The translations under genes were made by a program, and so were the position numbers. A DNA stretch of 64,000 nucleotides from Neoechinorhynchus agilis. Lineage: Eukaryota; Animalia; Acanthocephala. The stretch is taken from contig CM121341.1 in the NCBI GenBank assembly GCA_051530055.1, forward strand, positions 4,318,784 through 4,382,783, in the 5' to 3' direction. Every line of letters starts with the position of its first letter. The first letter of the stretch is position 1. Shown one piece after another: positions 11,812 to 24,281 of the stretch. The notes beneath the pieces were generated by a model. That model saw only the letters and a program-made list of their open reading frames with translations. It was not told the origin of the DNA and made no database searches.

Positions 11812-13085
11812 AATTCTCAGATACTCCCCTTAGTTTCGTCTTACAGTATCTCAAGAAATTACCTCGAAATTCGTCCTCTCAATCCGAAATCCCAAACTGG
11901 GCTCTTCGCTACATCATCCCCGAAATCATTGACCCTTTTACCCACATTATAAACCTCAGCTTTTTATATGGCATCTACCCCTCATGCCTGAAAAATGCTA
12001 TAGATGTCCTTCTCCACCGAATCATTCCGTCCAATATCGATAGCCCAAATTATGACAAAAAAGGTATCGCCCCTGCAATTTGGTTTCCGACCCAGATTTT
12101 CTGCAACCGACGCCATACTTTGCATTTATGACACACTCCTAAGAAACCTCGACAATAGTCCCTCCCACGTCACCCGTCTCATTCAACTGGATTTATCGAA
12201 AGCATCCGACTCCGTGGACCATTCACTCCTTCTTCGGATCTGCTCCGATTGTGGTCTCAACTTGTGGTAGATCTGCTTTCTCGAATCTCATCTTCACGAT
12301 CGCGAACAATACATTCACTGCCGTTCTATCTCCTCCATCAGCCTCATCAAAGGCGTACCTCAAGGTGCTGTGCTGTCACCATTTCTCTTTAATATTTTCC
12401 TCAGCAACCTCAAACCCCGACGATATCACCCTCATCAAGCATTCACCAACCCACCTCTCCCTTTCCTTAACTTCTAAATAAATCACACACATAAAAGATT
12501 TCTGCATTCCCACAATCCCACATCTTCGCCCGAGATTCTAAATGACATCCTACGAGTAACCTCCCACTCAGAATTCTTGGTATCCAATTTCAATCAAACT
12601 TGAAATGGGGCTCGCACATTTCACTTTCCCTTAAACGCCTCTGCCATTTAGGAATCCCTTCACCTAATCTCTCCAAATTTTATTTGAGCTTTATTTTACC
12701 CTCCTTCACTTACGGTTATTTAGTATTTTGCAACCCTTCCAAATCTCAAAACCGTCGTCTTGAAACGTTTCACAAAGAAGAGCATCTAAAATTTGCACAG
12801 TTAATTTTCCACCGTTCACCGAATGCTTTCATAAAATTTTCAACGAACATTCAAAACGCCTCTCAACCTCACCACCACCATAATTTCTATCCCATTATAT
12901 TCCCCTTTTCGCATGAACACAACACTCGCAATCCGAAATCCTTTCATCTTCCCTCTACTTCCTCTCCTTTTCCTACACTGCCCAATTTTCTCGGATATCA
13001 TAACTTGAAATGAACTTGAGAAGAGACCCAACCTCACAAACTCTCCTCGAAGCGAATAATCGCCAACTTTCCAACCGAACCCGTA
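11812..13085 (+). mobile_element. 5'-truncated, decayed LINE (CR1/L2-like RT)
   Basis: PLQFGFRPRFSATDAI, LDLSKASDSVDH, GVPQGAVLSPFLFNIF; second copy in inverted orientation at 17965-20040. Confidence 0.85.
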
Positions 13086-13348
13086 ATCCCCTCTCCCAAA
13101 TCAACAACCGCATTCATTTCTCTAATCAGAACTTGAGTGTTCACGAGGACTGAAAGGTACATGGGCCTATTCTTTATTAATTAACAAATAAACGTGAAGT
13201 TATTAATAAAAAAACCTTTTTATACGACCAGAACAAGGCCTCCTCTTTCGAAATATGTCAATCCAATCAAATGTGAAACTTCATATTAAAACAAAATCTA
13301 ATTAATCGAATTTCACTGGTTTATATTAAAATAATTAAGGGAAAATCC

Positions 13349-14990
13349 ATGGATATGATAGAAGTCTTCGAGCCACCTCTGGAATGGCGATTCTCCACTC
13401 CCCCGCGTACCTGTGAGCCACACAAATCAACCAAAACCTTTTTTAAGCGACCCAGGTTATGCTTCCTGTTTCGAAATCCGAGAAAACGTTGTCGCTTTGT
13501 TTTATGCTTGTCAATATCGAAGATTTTACGAATCACAAATTGGAATCCTGAGTTATAAAATTCGTTTTTCGGTTCGTTTAAAGACTCCGACTTAAATTGT
13601 AGACGAATGAAAGCATCCGGAATATCATCAATGTCAACCCAGCTTATCTGGCTTAACAACCAGATCGTAACAAGCAAGAAACATATTCGACGGTCGCGGA
13701 TATACTTGATCAACCGATTGACGAAATCTATTCGAAAGCAAGAAAATCCTAAGACAATTGAAAAGCTTAGGGTGAAAATCAAGCAGATTAAATCTGCTGA
13801 TTTTAGGAATGCGTTATTGCTTGCATTAGTGAAAAGATTGGAACTTGAGTGGACGTGGGAATCCAATAGTGCACTCGAGCAATTATCCAAGCACAAATTT
13901 ACATCGCAACGAGCTGAATACATCCAGAATATTTTCGAAGAAGGAAAAGACGTTCTCATTGACGTGGTTAAGGAATACATGAAGAAATGTGAACGGAAAA
14001 GGGAGTGGGCAAAAAGTATTAGGTTAGAAAAATTGGAATTAGATAATGATGATGAGGAAAATGAAGATAAGTTTGTAAGTGGATTTTTTGCTATTATCGA
14101 GAGAAAATCCTTCGGGATGATAGAGTTTGAATTGCGCCCTCCCCCCCAAATTAATGTGCGAAATATTTCAATCTAAAAAGCGGCGGACCGCAATTCAAAC
14201 TTTTTATCTATGTTTCAATTTGAATTTTCTCTGGTTATTCCTTGGATCGTTAATGTTAATTGTGGGCAATCGGTTGATTCTTGAAAAGTTTTATCGCAGC
14301 CTATTTTTTGCAACTGAAATCCATTTATATCAAAGTAACCACTCAGTGAGTGATGGTAAGAACAATGTTGGAAATGAATCTTCAGTTGAAGAAATAGAAA
14401 AGACAAATTCGAAGGAAACAGGCGCATCGGAATTTATTCGCATGCCACAAATGCTGAATGCGCCTAAAACGGATAAAGGCACAACTACGCCAAAGACGAC
14501 TAAAGCACATCAACGGCATCCACTGCTCAATCAATGTTCCGAGCACGTTTATCCTAATTTTAAAGGCGACGAACCTTTTGAACTTCATCCTTCCGTAGAG
14601 GACAATGTCGCTCAACTGACGTTTGAGGAGTCGTTTGAACAATTTATTCCTCCGGTAAACAAGGAAGATCCTTCCAAAACATCATTACAATTTGAAGACT
14701 TTTTGAACTTTGACCTTCCGCTTTTGCCGAAAGCTCATAATGTAATATCAGAGATGGAGCTCTTTGGGACGACGCCGAAAATGCTTGGACGTCCAAATTC
14801 TAGAAGACCAGTTAAGCGGATACCTGGCAAGAGTTCTACCAAAAGGACAAACATAAATAAATCCACGTTTCCTGAAAAGAACGAACCAACAGAAAACTTG
14901 CATCCTTCATGGACTGCCGCGAAGAAAAAAAATCCCGTTATAAGGCTTAAAGACCTTAAACCAAAAAAGATTATGTTTGATAGTGACTAA
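13349..14990 (+). CDS. Hypothetical multi-exon gene, no family recognised
   Basis: Chain of ORFs (13349, 13413, 13607-14176, 14127-14990); possible GT-AG introns from 13455 and from GTAAGT near 14075; one apparent homopolymer frameshift near 13557. Confidence 0.4.
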
Positions 14991-15289
14991 ATAAAAATTG
15001 AAAATGATTGGCATTACTTGTTCTAAGTGGTTTGATTTTCATAGACTCCTCAAAATTTGGCGCTTTTTTAATCAACAAATAGTAAAATCTTGAGAAACGA
15101 TGATTTCAATGTTGCAACTTTTAGAAATTTCATAGACAAAGTGAACTCTTAGTAAGCCTTTCTAGACATTTTTACTGCCACGATGATCAAATAAACGTTA
15201 AATCCGTTTTTATACCGACTAGAGTCCAATGGTATTTTTCTTGATTGAGAGCTGCTGCCATTCAGCGTGTTTTTTAGCCAATTTCTCCC

Positions 15290-15448
15290 TTGATCCCAGT
15301 TACGGGTCAACTGATTCGAATCCGTTACCGCCAATGACGCACAAGCAAAAGGGGACGAAATACCTCGTTGAAGGGAGGAAACTCACCAATGAGAGTCCCG
15401 CCTCATCGAGAGGTATCTGAGAATCCGGACGAGGATGTTAAAACTCTT
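15290..15448 (+). mobile_element. Diverged partial copy of the SINE-like repeat at 31.3-32.1 kb
   Basis: gggtcaactgattcgaatccg...aaaaggggacgaaatacctcgttgaagggagg...ggtatctgagaatccggacga aligns with the 31.4-kb copies. Confidence 0.75.
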
Positions 15449-15582
15449 TTATCGGATGGTTCAGTGCATTGAGTGATTTTATGCGCTTCCCTGAACCAGA
15501 TCGATGGGCTGTGTGCCCAAAGGAAAATTATCAGCCGTGCAAAAAGGCCGTACATCGAAATAAGTTAAAGGCTGGTCAGTCT

Positions 15583-15886
15583 TCATTTTTTTATAGAAAT
15601 AAGAAACTTTTTTTCAACGAAATCTCCAGTTTTATTGCATTTACCATGCCTTCGAGCACTGACAACCAATCGTCCGTTTATGATTTCCGTTTTCAAATCC
15701 TTTTTATCAAATCCCTGGACATTCGGAGTAACTCGAAACTTCTCTGGTCTTGGACGTCTTCGTCCGTGGACATCGAGAAGAGTTGGAGGCTCATTAATCC
15801 AAAAGAGGCTCGGACGCACTGATGGACGAAGGGAAAGATCGTAGTCGTCAAATGGATCGAAGATGCCAAGATAGAAATAGAGACAT
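15583..15886 (-). CDS. Small heat-shock (HSP20/alpha-crystallin) protein; 5' frameshift and unresolved 3' end, may be a pseudogene
   Basis: GIFDPFDDYD N-terminus; KFRVTPNVQGFDKKDLKTEIINGRLVVSARRH...GDFVEKKF resembles KFRVNLDVKHFSPEELKVKV..VIEVHGKH; TATAAAA at 15921-15915. Confidence 0.7.
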
Positions 15887-16569
15887 TCTGAAACATTTGT
15901 AAGTCTCGGTCTCGTTTTATACTAAAGCGCTAAATTCCAGTTTTTCTCAAGAAAGAGTCCAGACGAATTCTAGATAGGTTTTCAGTCCGTAAATTGTTTC
16001 CTAGAATGCGTTAAGAAAGCAACGCGAGGAGGCGAAAAATAGAAACGGTCTCGTTTTGCAAGTTGCGAAGAAAATCTTAAATGCTTTGTAAATCTTAATC
16101 CAGGTTATTTGGAATCAATTGACGGACTCGCTACGTTATATTGGCAATGGGGACACGCCCAAGACAAGCCATAAATGCGATAAAGACAGCTATTGGCAAA
16201 CGTCCGAATTCTTATTCCTTGCACATGATCATCGCCTATCCAATGCAACAAGAAAGCCTTGGATAAGCTAAAGAAATTTTTGAACATTGTTGTAAGTGTT
16301 AAGATCGCGAGGGTGCCTCTCATCGCACTTTTGATTGATTTGAACTACATATCGCACAAAAGGGAGCTGTAGAACACAACCATCGGAGAAACCCAATGGC
16401 CGGGCCCGAACGGAGCTCGCTGCGACCAGTTTCAAATGAACATCTCAGCGAGCTTTTGTCAATTTCAGACGAAATTCAGGGTTAAAAAGTTGCAACTATT
16501 TTTCTAACTAAAGGCACTACTTGGAAAAATCGCTCTTGTTTTCGCGTTCAAGCGAATAAATCTCGATTA

Positions 16570-17131
16570 TTAAGCATCGATGAATACGCTGTACTTTTTT
16601 CCCGTGTGTTTGTAATTATATCGCCAGTAAAGATGCTTCATTCTTATGAGAATCTTGTAATACTGACTAGGAGCTTTTTGTCGAATAAATTGGCCTTCAA
16701 ACTGAAGCCTCCTCAGCAATCGATGATACTCCTTACCTTGAAACCCACGGAGCCAAGCTGGACCCGTTGTAAGATGCTTCGGTTTCACTCCGCCATCGCC
16801 GAGAATGTCTAGTAGAATGTGTATCTGTGAGTAGATTGATGCTGATTTTAACCGACCGATGTAATCATTTTGACCGAAATATGCTTTCTTCGGTGACCAA
16901 GAATCTGATGGATTATGATCAGGCATCGGAGTCGGTTTCGGTAAATCCGAATACTTCATTCTCGGTAATGGTCCTAATGAAGAAAAAAATTAAGAAACGT
17001 AAAAAGTTCGGTTACGCACCGCCCTGATATATTATCGGATCATGGCCAAATCCACGAGCATACTCGTGATATCGCTTGAAACCACGAATGTGAGTTTTGA
17101 TGAGCGAAAAAAAGGGAACACTGAGGCTCAT
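16570..17131 (-). CDS. MRPL51: Mitochondrial ribosomal protein mL51; exons 17131-17020, 16973-16857, 16808-16570
   Basis: Spliced FGQNDYIDILGD...GPAWLRGFQGKE; GT-AG introns of 46 nt (16974-17019) and 48 nt (16809-16856). Confidence 0.88.
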
Positions 17132-17964
17132 CTAAAATATCGCATTTAAAGTCTACGGATCGAGGCATTTGCATTTTTCTCCTCTGCTCAATTTTCCAAT
17201 GCATTGAATCAATAACTCCAATAAAGATAATAGCGATCAAAAACCACCAACAGTTAGAAACCGTCGGCGGATACTGTCGACTGATATCTCAACCTCATGT
17301 TTTCTATTCGTGTCATTTGGCAAATAATCACAGCTGACCGAATGTAATTTGGATTCTTCCGTGTATTTACGTAATGCGTACAAAATCCAGTGCTTACGTC
17401 ACCGAAAGGAGCAAAGCGATGGAATTGATTATGACTGATACGATCAATCGAAATATAAATTCGCCTTTAACGATTTCTCTCGGATGTTTACAATCGACCA
17501 GAATGAAAACACAAATGTTCTGGATACTTAATTTTTTTAATTAGAATTCAGCTCTGGACGTACTCTACAAAAGTTACGATATCCTCCATTCGTCTCAATG
17601 GTGAGAAGTTTTTTAAAAGTAGAGCGAGACGAATCGAGGCGTTTTTGTAATTCTTTACACTTCACCGTCCTTGTAAAAAACTGTGGCATTGATATTAGGG
17701 CATCTTTCCTACGGAGCAGTTTATGTACAGTCGGGCCTTGGATGAATGGGAACCTTTACAGGCGATCAAGTTGAAAATAAGAGCAGATTCGAAAAGGACT
17801 CATAGACAAGCATCGTTTGATAAACGAAAAATTGCCCTCGAAACTCCACGCCACTTCGGTTTAGTGAAAACCTATAATAATGGCACCTTTATTGGTAAAA
17901 ATAAAGAATGGAACCAATGTACCTTTGGATCCTAATAAGCATTCGAGTTGTTCAAAAAAACGTA

Positions 17965-20040
17965 TCCGTTAGGATGGGAATATCCGGTCGAGGATGTCCG
18001 TTCGGGTGGTAATATCTGGTCGGAGGGATGCCCATTCGGATGGGACTATCAAGTCGGGGGATGTCCGTTCGATTGAGAATATCCGGTTGGGTTGGGAATT
18101 GGCGGATATTGTTTGCAGGAGAGCTTGTAAGGTTGGTCTTTCCTCAGGTTCATTTCAAGTTATGATATCCGAGAAGATTGGGCAGCATGAGAAAAGGGAC
18201 GTAGGTTGAGGGAGATGCGAGGTTGAGGGAGGATGAAACGAATTAGGATTTCGAGTGTTGTGCTCGTATGAAAAGGGGGCGATATGTGGAAGAAATTGTG
18301 GTGGTGGTAGGGTTGGTATGCGTTTTGTTTGTTTTATGGAAATAGCATCAAGGCATTCGGTGAGGGGGAGAAAGTCAATTGCGTGAATTTTATATGCTCT
18401 TTTATGAAACATTTCAAGACGGCCGATTTGAGATTTCGATAGGTTGCAAAATACGGGATAACCGCAGGCGAGGGAAGGTAAAATAAAAATGAAGTAAAAT
18501 ATGGAGAGATTTCGATAGGTTGCAAAATACGGGATAACCGTAGGCGAGGGAAGATAAAATAAAAATGAAGCAAAATATGGAGATATCGGGTGAATGGATT
18601 CCTAAATGTCGGAAGCGTTTGAGGAGCTAAACTTTAAAGGTGTTCAGCTCGAGGGAGAGAGTGATGTGCGAGTCCCATTCCAAATTTTATTGAAATTGGA
18701 TACCCAGAATTCCGAGGGAGGTGACTCGAAGGATGTCATTTAGAATCTCGGGCGAAGATGTGGGATTGTGGGAATGCAGAAATCTTTTATGTGTGTGATT
18801 TCTTTAGAGGTTAAGGAAAGGGAGAGGTGGGATGGTGAATGCTTGATGAGGGTGATATCGTCGGGGTTTGAGGTTGCTGAGGAAAATATTAAAGAGAAGT
18901 GGTGACAGCACAGCACCTTGAGGTACGCCTTTGGTGAGGCTGATGGAGGAGATAGAACGGCAGTGAATGTATTGCTCGCGATTGTAAAGATAAGATTCGA
19001 GCCAGCAGATCTACCACAAGTTGAGACCACAATCGGAGCAGATCCGAAGAAGGAGTGAATGGTCCACGGAGTCGGATGCTTTCGATAAATCCAGTTGAAT
19101 GAGAAGGGGGACGTGGGAGGGACTATTGTCGAGGTTTCTTAGGAGTGTGTCATAAATGCAAAGTATGGCGTCGGTTGCAGAAAATCTGGGTCGGAAACCA
19201 AATTGCAGGGGCGATACCTTTTCTTTGAGAAGTGAAAGAAGGCGAGATTTAAACATTTTTCGATGATTTTTGAAAGAACGGCGGGCAGAATCGGAAATGG
19301 GATGTCCTTTTTTGGAAGAAGGATATCTATAGCATTTTTCAGGCATGAGGGGTAGATGCTATATAAAAAGCTGAGGTTTATAATGTGGGTAAAAGGGTCA
19401 ATGATTTCGGGGATGATGTAGCGAAGCTGTAGTACTTCGTATGACGAAACTAAGGGGAGTATCGGCGAGTTGTCAAAAACTTCAGTGAAAGATTGTGTGG
19501 TGTCTAATGTTCAGCAGTGATTGTAAATTGAGTCAGGGCAGAGGTTCTGATTGATGGAATTAAGAACCTGTTTTAGTAGAGTAGAGATCAAATTAGGGAA
19601 GGAATCAGGGTGGTGTAGACCAAGATAGTCCTTGACGGCCCACCACCATGTTAAGTTGCCACCTGAGGAAGTTTTTACGGGCGATAAGTATTTTGTTAGT
19701 GCTTTTTGTAAACGGGAAAGTCTGGGGATTTATTGCGACGGGCCTTAGAAGCTTGCCTTTGTAGAAGTTTCAGAATGGGGGTTATCCATGGTGGGTCGCG
19801 GTTGAAGAACTTATTATCTTGGGAATTGTCGAAGTTAGGGAATTTTTATGATTGAGGTTAGGGAGGGCATGGTCAAGAAAGGGCCATTTGTGTTGTTAGA
19901 GCGGAATGTGCGGATGTTAGAGTTGAATAAACTTTTTTAAATTTTGGATGTGATGATCACGTTTATCCCAGACGGATAAACGGGGAGATTTCATACGCTG
20001 AGGTGGGGGTGTAAGGTCTGAGTTCGCGGGGGATGGAGTT
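17965..20040 (-). mobile_element. Second, longer copy of the CR1/L2-like LINE, inverted relative to the first
   Basis: ORFs 19011-19346 and 18740-19030 nearly identical to 12004-12481; extends further 5'. Confidence 0.85.
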
Positions 20041-20067
20041 TAGAGGCGGATGAGAAAATTTATTTAG

Positions 20068-21890
20068 TTATGCGTCCCTTCCTTTCTTGATAATATCAGC
20101 AACAGCAGCTGGTACGTTTGGCTTAGAGATTAGGTTGTCATAAATTCTTACAGCAAGACTAATCGCTGCATTTGTATCGATTTTGAGTGAAAGATCGTTA
20201 ACGTACTTGAGAATCGCATTGAACGCTTCGATTTCACATTTTTCCGTCTGCTTCTTGCATAATTGCATGATTTTTTCACGTTCCGAAACAAGAATAGCGG
20301 CACAGATGAACAAAATGAAGTTTTTACAAGGTTGACCGGATAAGAGAATGTCCCAAATGGGCAAGAGATTAGGAATGGTAAATTCCCGTTTGAACCAAAC
20401 GATAAGCCATCGAAAGCAAAAGTACAGATTGCTAGAGTTCTGTTTGATTAAACATTCCATGAACTCAGGATCTACGTAGTTTAAAATGATTTGTAGATCG
20501 GCAATTTGACTAATCATTGCACTTTGATCTACTTTAAAGAATTGCTGAAGACGTTTGTCCATGAGGTTTGCGAAGCACCAAAACAAGGTGGATTCATCGT
20601 TTGTATCGAGAACATACAGAAATACGGATGCAATGTCGCTCATTCCTTGAACATAGCCAACGTCGTTATTATAAATTTGATAGGTCATCAGAATGTTTGT
20701 GAGTGTCTGTTGGAGGTGTTCGTTAAAGAATCCATCACTACGGTCCACTCGACTAACGTCCTTCTCAATCAGAGATTCTCTTTCTATAAACTGAGAATTC
20801 CTTTTTTTCTGTTCAGGGTCCATATGAGCCCATTGAGCCTTGTATGATTCGTACTTTTGCTCAGACTCTGATAATGTGTTATCGTCTGAAAGATTCAAAA
20901 GGATCTTCCAGGCTTTAGGCCGAGCGTCTGAGCTCAGTCCATTTCTGTAAATGCGAATTGAAAGTCCTTCTCTCTCTTCGGCCGAATTATCCAGCAAAGG
21001 CGTAGAAGACAATTCAATCAGCTCCATGTCAAGAATTCTCAGACCGTGAGAATATCTCGCGCTAAGGGTGATCCGCGGATTATTGGTTTGTTCAAGAGAT
21101 TATTCTCTGCTAGAACGTCCACAATGGATTTTTCGTTCACTTTCAAAATATCATCATTCTTAACAGAAGCATTTTCGCTCTGGTTAGATTCGTCCGCAAA
21201 ATCTACGACCTGTCTAAATGCTTGGGTTATTTTAGCCAACTCACTTAATGTTGCATCCTTAGGATTCTGGAAAAATCGATGGGCGAAAACACCGACTTCA
21301 CGAGTCCGGCGTTTGTGACCTAAGGATTCATTTCCGATGCCGAGGCTTTTGAAAGCTGTCTGAAGACGACCGTCGTCGGGTTTTTCAACAATAAATAAAT
21401 CTTTATTATGAACCGACCGCGTTAATATTAGATGAGACATAAAAAATGCCAGGAGTTTCACTGAATCGTCCGCTTTTTCAATGACAATGGCAGGCAGGAT
21501 TTTCTCCGGAGAACGAAGAATGAACGTGAATGAGAATCCGAGAGTTTTCTCGTTTGGTTCCAGAAAACGAAGGGATTTGAGGTTGTCGAACGAAAACACA
21601 AGGCACTCTCGATACGTTGAGTTGTATCCATCAATCATTTCGCCTGCAATACCGATTTCATCGGCGTGCTTAATCAATAAAAGCTTATCGGCAAAATCAA
21701 ACGAGAGTTTGACAAATTGAAAGAAGATTGTGTTTCTAAAGTTCACTATTGACACCTTTCCGTACACGTTATGGCGTTCGTTCAAATCGAACAATTTGAT
21801 GTAGGCCTTGCCCTTTATTCGGAACATAATCTGACCAACATCAGAGACGGACAACGATGAACCATCAAAAGCAGCCAAAAGGTCTGACAT
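20068..21890 (-). CDS. TBC1D15/17-like Rab-GAP; exons 21890-21064 and 21025-20068
   Basis: IEKDVSRVDR, YVQGMSD, LYFCFRWLIVWFKREF, LWDI-like motifs of the TBC domain; the two ORFs join in frame after removing 38 nt. Confidence 0.9.
21026..21063 (-). other. Non-canonical 38-nt intron T|AG...AT|G with stem
   Basis: Spliced RGSPLELIELSSTPLLDNSAEEREGLSIRIYRNGL aligns without gaps (35 aa) to TBC1D15 RREPVSLEEW...MIFRGGL as I recall it; ATTCTCA/TGAGAAT stem. Confidence 0.65.
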
Positions 21891-22204
21891 GTTAAAGTTA
21901 ATCTAAAAAACCCACAATATCAGCGAAGGATCAGCTCAGCGTTTTTCACAACAAAAAGATTTTCTTAAATGTGTTGAAAATCGATTTTCACAAACGGTCG
22001 AATTGAACCGTTCAATTCAAAGACCAAAAACTAACAAGGATTTCAATTGGAAGTTACCCTTAATTCCACCAATGAACCTCAATCGCATCGTAAATTTTGA
22101 AAGTGGCCAATGAGAGCTAAAAAAATCAACACTTTTGTCCATAAAGACCAAACTTCTTTGAATTCTGCAGTTGCGATTCGTGTCTTCTATCTGACAAATT
22201 ACAC

Positions 22205-22363
22205 TTTCGGTGAGAATAATTCGGGTCATTACATATTTTATTTATTCGAAATATTTCGCGAGGTATCCTCGCCTCTTCAGTCATTGTTTGCCAGTTTTTT
22301 GGATACCTCCCGAAATATTTCGAATAAATAAAATATGTAATGACCCGAATTATTCTCACCGAA
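22205..22363. repeat. Hairpin with ~63-bp arms (22205-22268 / 22301-22363), MITE-like
   Basis: tttcggtgagaataattcgggtcattac...aggtatcc and its reverse complement, ~2 mismatches. Confidence 0.9.
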
Positions 22364-23099
22364 AATATCCGACAAATGTTCAAACAACGCTCAGCACTGT
22401 GATTCTACTAAAAATTACGACGCTGACCTTTGCCAACAAAATTCCACAAAAACAAACTTTGAGAAAATCAAGACGAACAACTGGTGATCCGAGGGCAGCA
22501 GACGTTTTTTCGCACAAAACATAAGTCAAACTCTTCAACGGACGAGAACGCTGCATCCCTCCTTTCGACCGTATAAATCAGGATGATGTTGGTAGGATTT
22601 GGTCGAGACTATTTCACAATTATCTTCAATCTATCGCTTTGTTTTCTACGTTCCTTGAGATATAGAAATGTGCAGTTCAGCCGAAAAACAGAAGCGTACA
22701 AAAACCAATAGGAAAATCCATCTTCAAGATTTTCTTTAAAAAAAGTAATCTACAAGCGCTGAAAAATACATCCGCTTTGCCATGTCTAATAAAACGATGA
22801 ACATTTTGCTGACGAGTCGACGAACACGAAAGTCCTCTATCGGGCAAAAAGACGAACACTTCCCCGCCCCCCCGAAAAAGGGCATCAAAACATTGTTGGT
22901 CACGCAAAAAAAACGTACTTTTCTCCGCTTAAAATCAGAGAAACCAAAGTATCAGTCACTGCAAAACGCTTTCCCCCCCCCCACAAATGGGACAACGAAA
23001 AGATTGTCCGTTACATCAAAAAAGACAAATACTTTTCCCCGCCCAAACTCGGACAACCAAAACATTGTTTTGGTCACGCCAAAAAAGAACAAATACTTT

Positions 23100-23770
23100 T
23101 CCCGGTCCAATATCGGACAAACAGCACCGGAACGAACACTTTCTCCAGCTCAAAAATCGGAGAACTGCACTAAAAGATTTCCGGTCACTGTGAAAATTTC
23201 CCTCCAAATCGGACAACAAAACATCGTCGGTCACAGCACCACACGAACACTCCCTCCAAATCGGACAACAAAGCATTGTCTGCCGCAGCCAAACACTTTT
23301 CCTCGTCCGAATTCGGAGTGCGAACACTTTCCCTCCAAATCGGACAACAAAACATTGTCTACCACAGCAAAAAGGACAAATACCCTCCCCCACCCAAAAC
23401 CGGACAATCGGCACCAAGACGAACGCTTCCCCCGTCCTGCACCAAGACGAACACCCTCCCCGGCCAAAATCCGCCAATCGCCACCAAGACGAACGCTTCC
23501 CCCGTCCTGCACCAATATGAACACTTCCCCCCACCCAAAACCGGACAACCGTCACCAGGACGAACATCCTCCCCAGCCAAAATCCGCCAATCGCCACCAA
23601 GACGAACACTTCCCTCCGCCCCGCCGAAAACCGGCCCCGCGATGAACGTTCCCCCCCCCGTCCTGCACCAAGACGAACACTTCCCGCCACCCAAAATCCA
23701 CCACCAAGACGAACTCTCCCCCGCCGAAAACCGGCCCCGAGACGAACGCTTCCCCCGTCCTGCACCCAGA
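23100..23770. repeat. Degenerate C/A-rich tandem repeat (caccaagacgaac units) downstream of H2A
   Basis: Repeated caccaagacgaac(g/a)cttcccc and ggacaac motifs. Confidence 0.8.
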
Positions 23771-23831
23771 ACACTCGCTCGCCCCCTTTACAAAATGACC
23801 CCACGACCCGCGGTCCCATTGATTAGTGTGT

Positions 23832-23847
23832 GGCCCTTAAGAGGGCC
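23832..23847 (-). promoter_or_regulatory. Replication-dependent histone 3' stem-loop GGCCCT-CTTA-AGGGCC
   Basis: 6-bp stem and 4-nt loop ~35 nt after the H2A stop. Confidence 0.9.
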
Positions 23848-23882
23848 TATAACACTTCCGCAACTACCACCACGATGTGCAC

Positions 23883-24281
23883 TTAGGCCGTTTCTTGGGT
23901 ATCGCCTGCGGGCGCACTTCTCTTCGGCAATAGAATAGGTTCAATGTTTGGCAGAACGCCTCCTTGTGAAATAGTGACAGTACTAAGCAGTTTGCTCAGT
24001 TCTTCGTCATTGCGTACTGCCAAGACTAAATGTCTTGGGATGATCCTGCTCTTCTTGTTATCGCGCGCTGCATTCCCGGCCAATTCCAACAACTCCGCTG
24101 TTAAGTATTCGAGTACTGCCGCCAAATACACGGGCGCACCAGCACCGACCCGATGGCCGTAATTCCCTTTCTTCAAATGACGGTGAATGCGCCCCACAGG
24201 GAATTGAAGTCCTGCACGGGTGCTCCTCGTCGTTGTCTTCGATCGTTCGGTCGCCTTTCCTACTTTTGCTTTGCCTGACAT
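23883..24281 (-). CDS. H2A: Histone H2A with divergent tails
   Basis: [45 protein letters not shown]. Confidence 0.98.
   Translation of the reverse strand: MSGKAKVGKATERSKTTTRSTRAGLQFPVGRIHRHLKKGNYGHRVGAGAPVYLAAVLEYLTAELLELAGNAARDNKKSRIIPRHLVLAVRNDEELSKLLSTVTISQGGVLPNIEPILLPKRSAPAGDTQETA

Noticed and set aside
13321-13980. 219-aa - strand ORF and other antisense ORFs over real genes
   Set aside because: Shadow ORFs of coding sequence on the opposite strand
15940-16010. Heat-shock elements upstream of the sHSP gene
   Set aside because: Only degenerate nGAAn pairs; no three-unit HSE can be supported
21022-21044. 23-nt GT-AG intron in the TBC gene
   Set aside because: Half the local canonical size and gives a 5-aa insertion; the 38-nt AG-AT option aligns without gaps (not fully excluded)
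22782-23938. Long overlapping ORFs on both strands (287, 267, 220 aa)
   Set aside because: Explained by a C/A-skewed degenerate repeat depleted of stop codons
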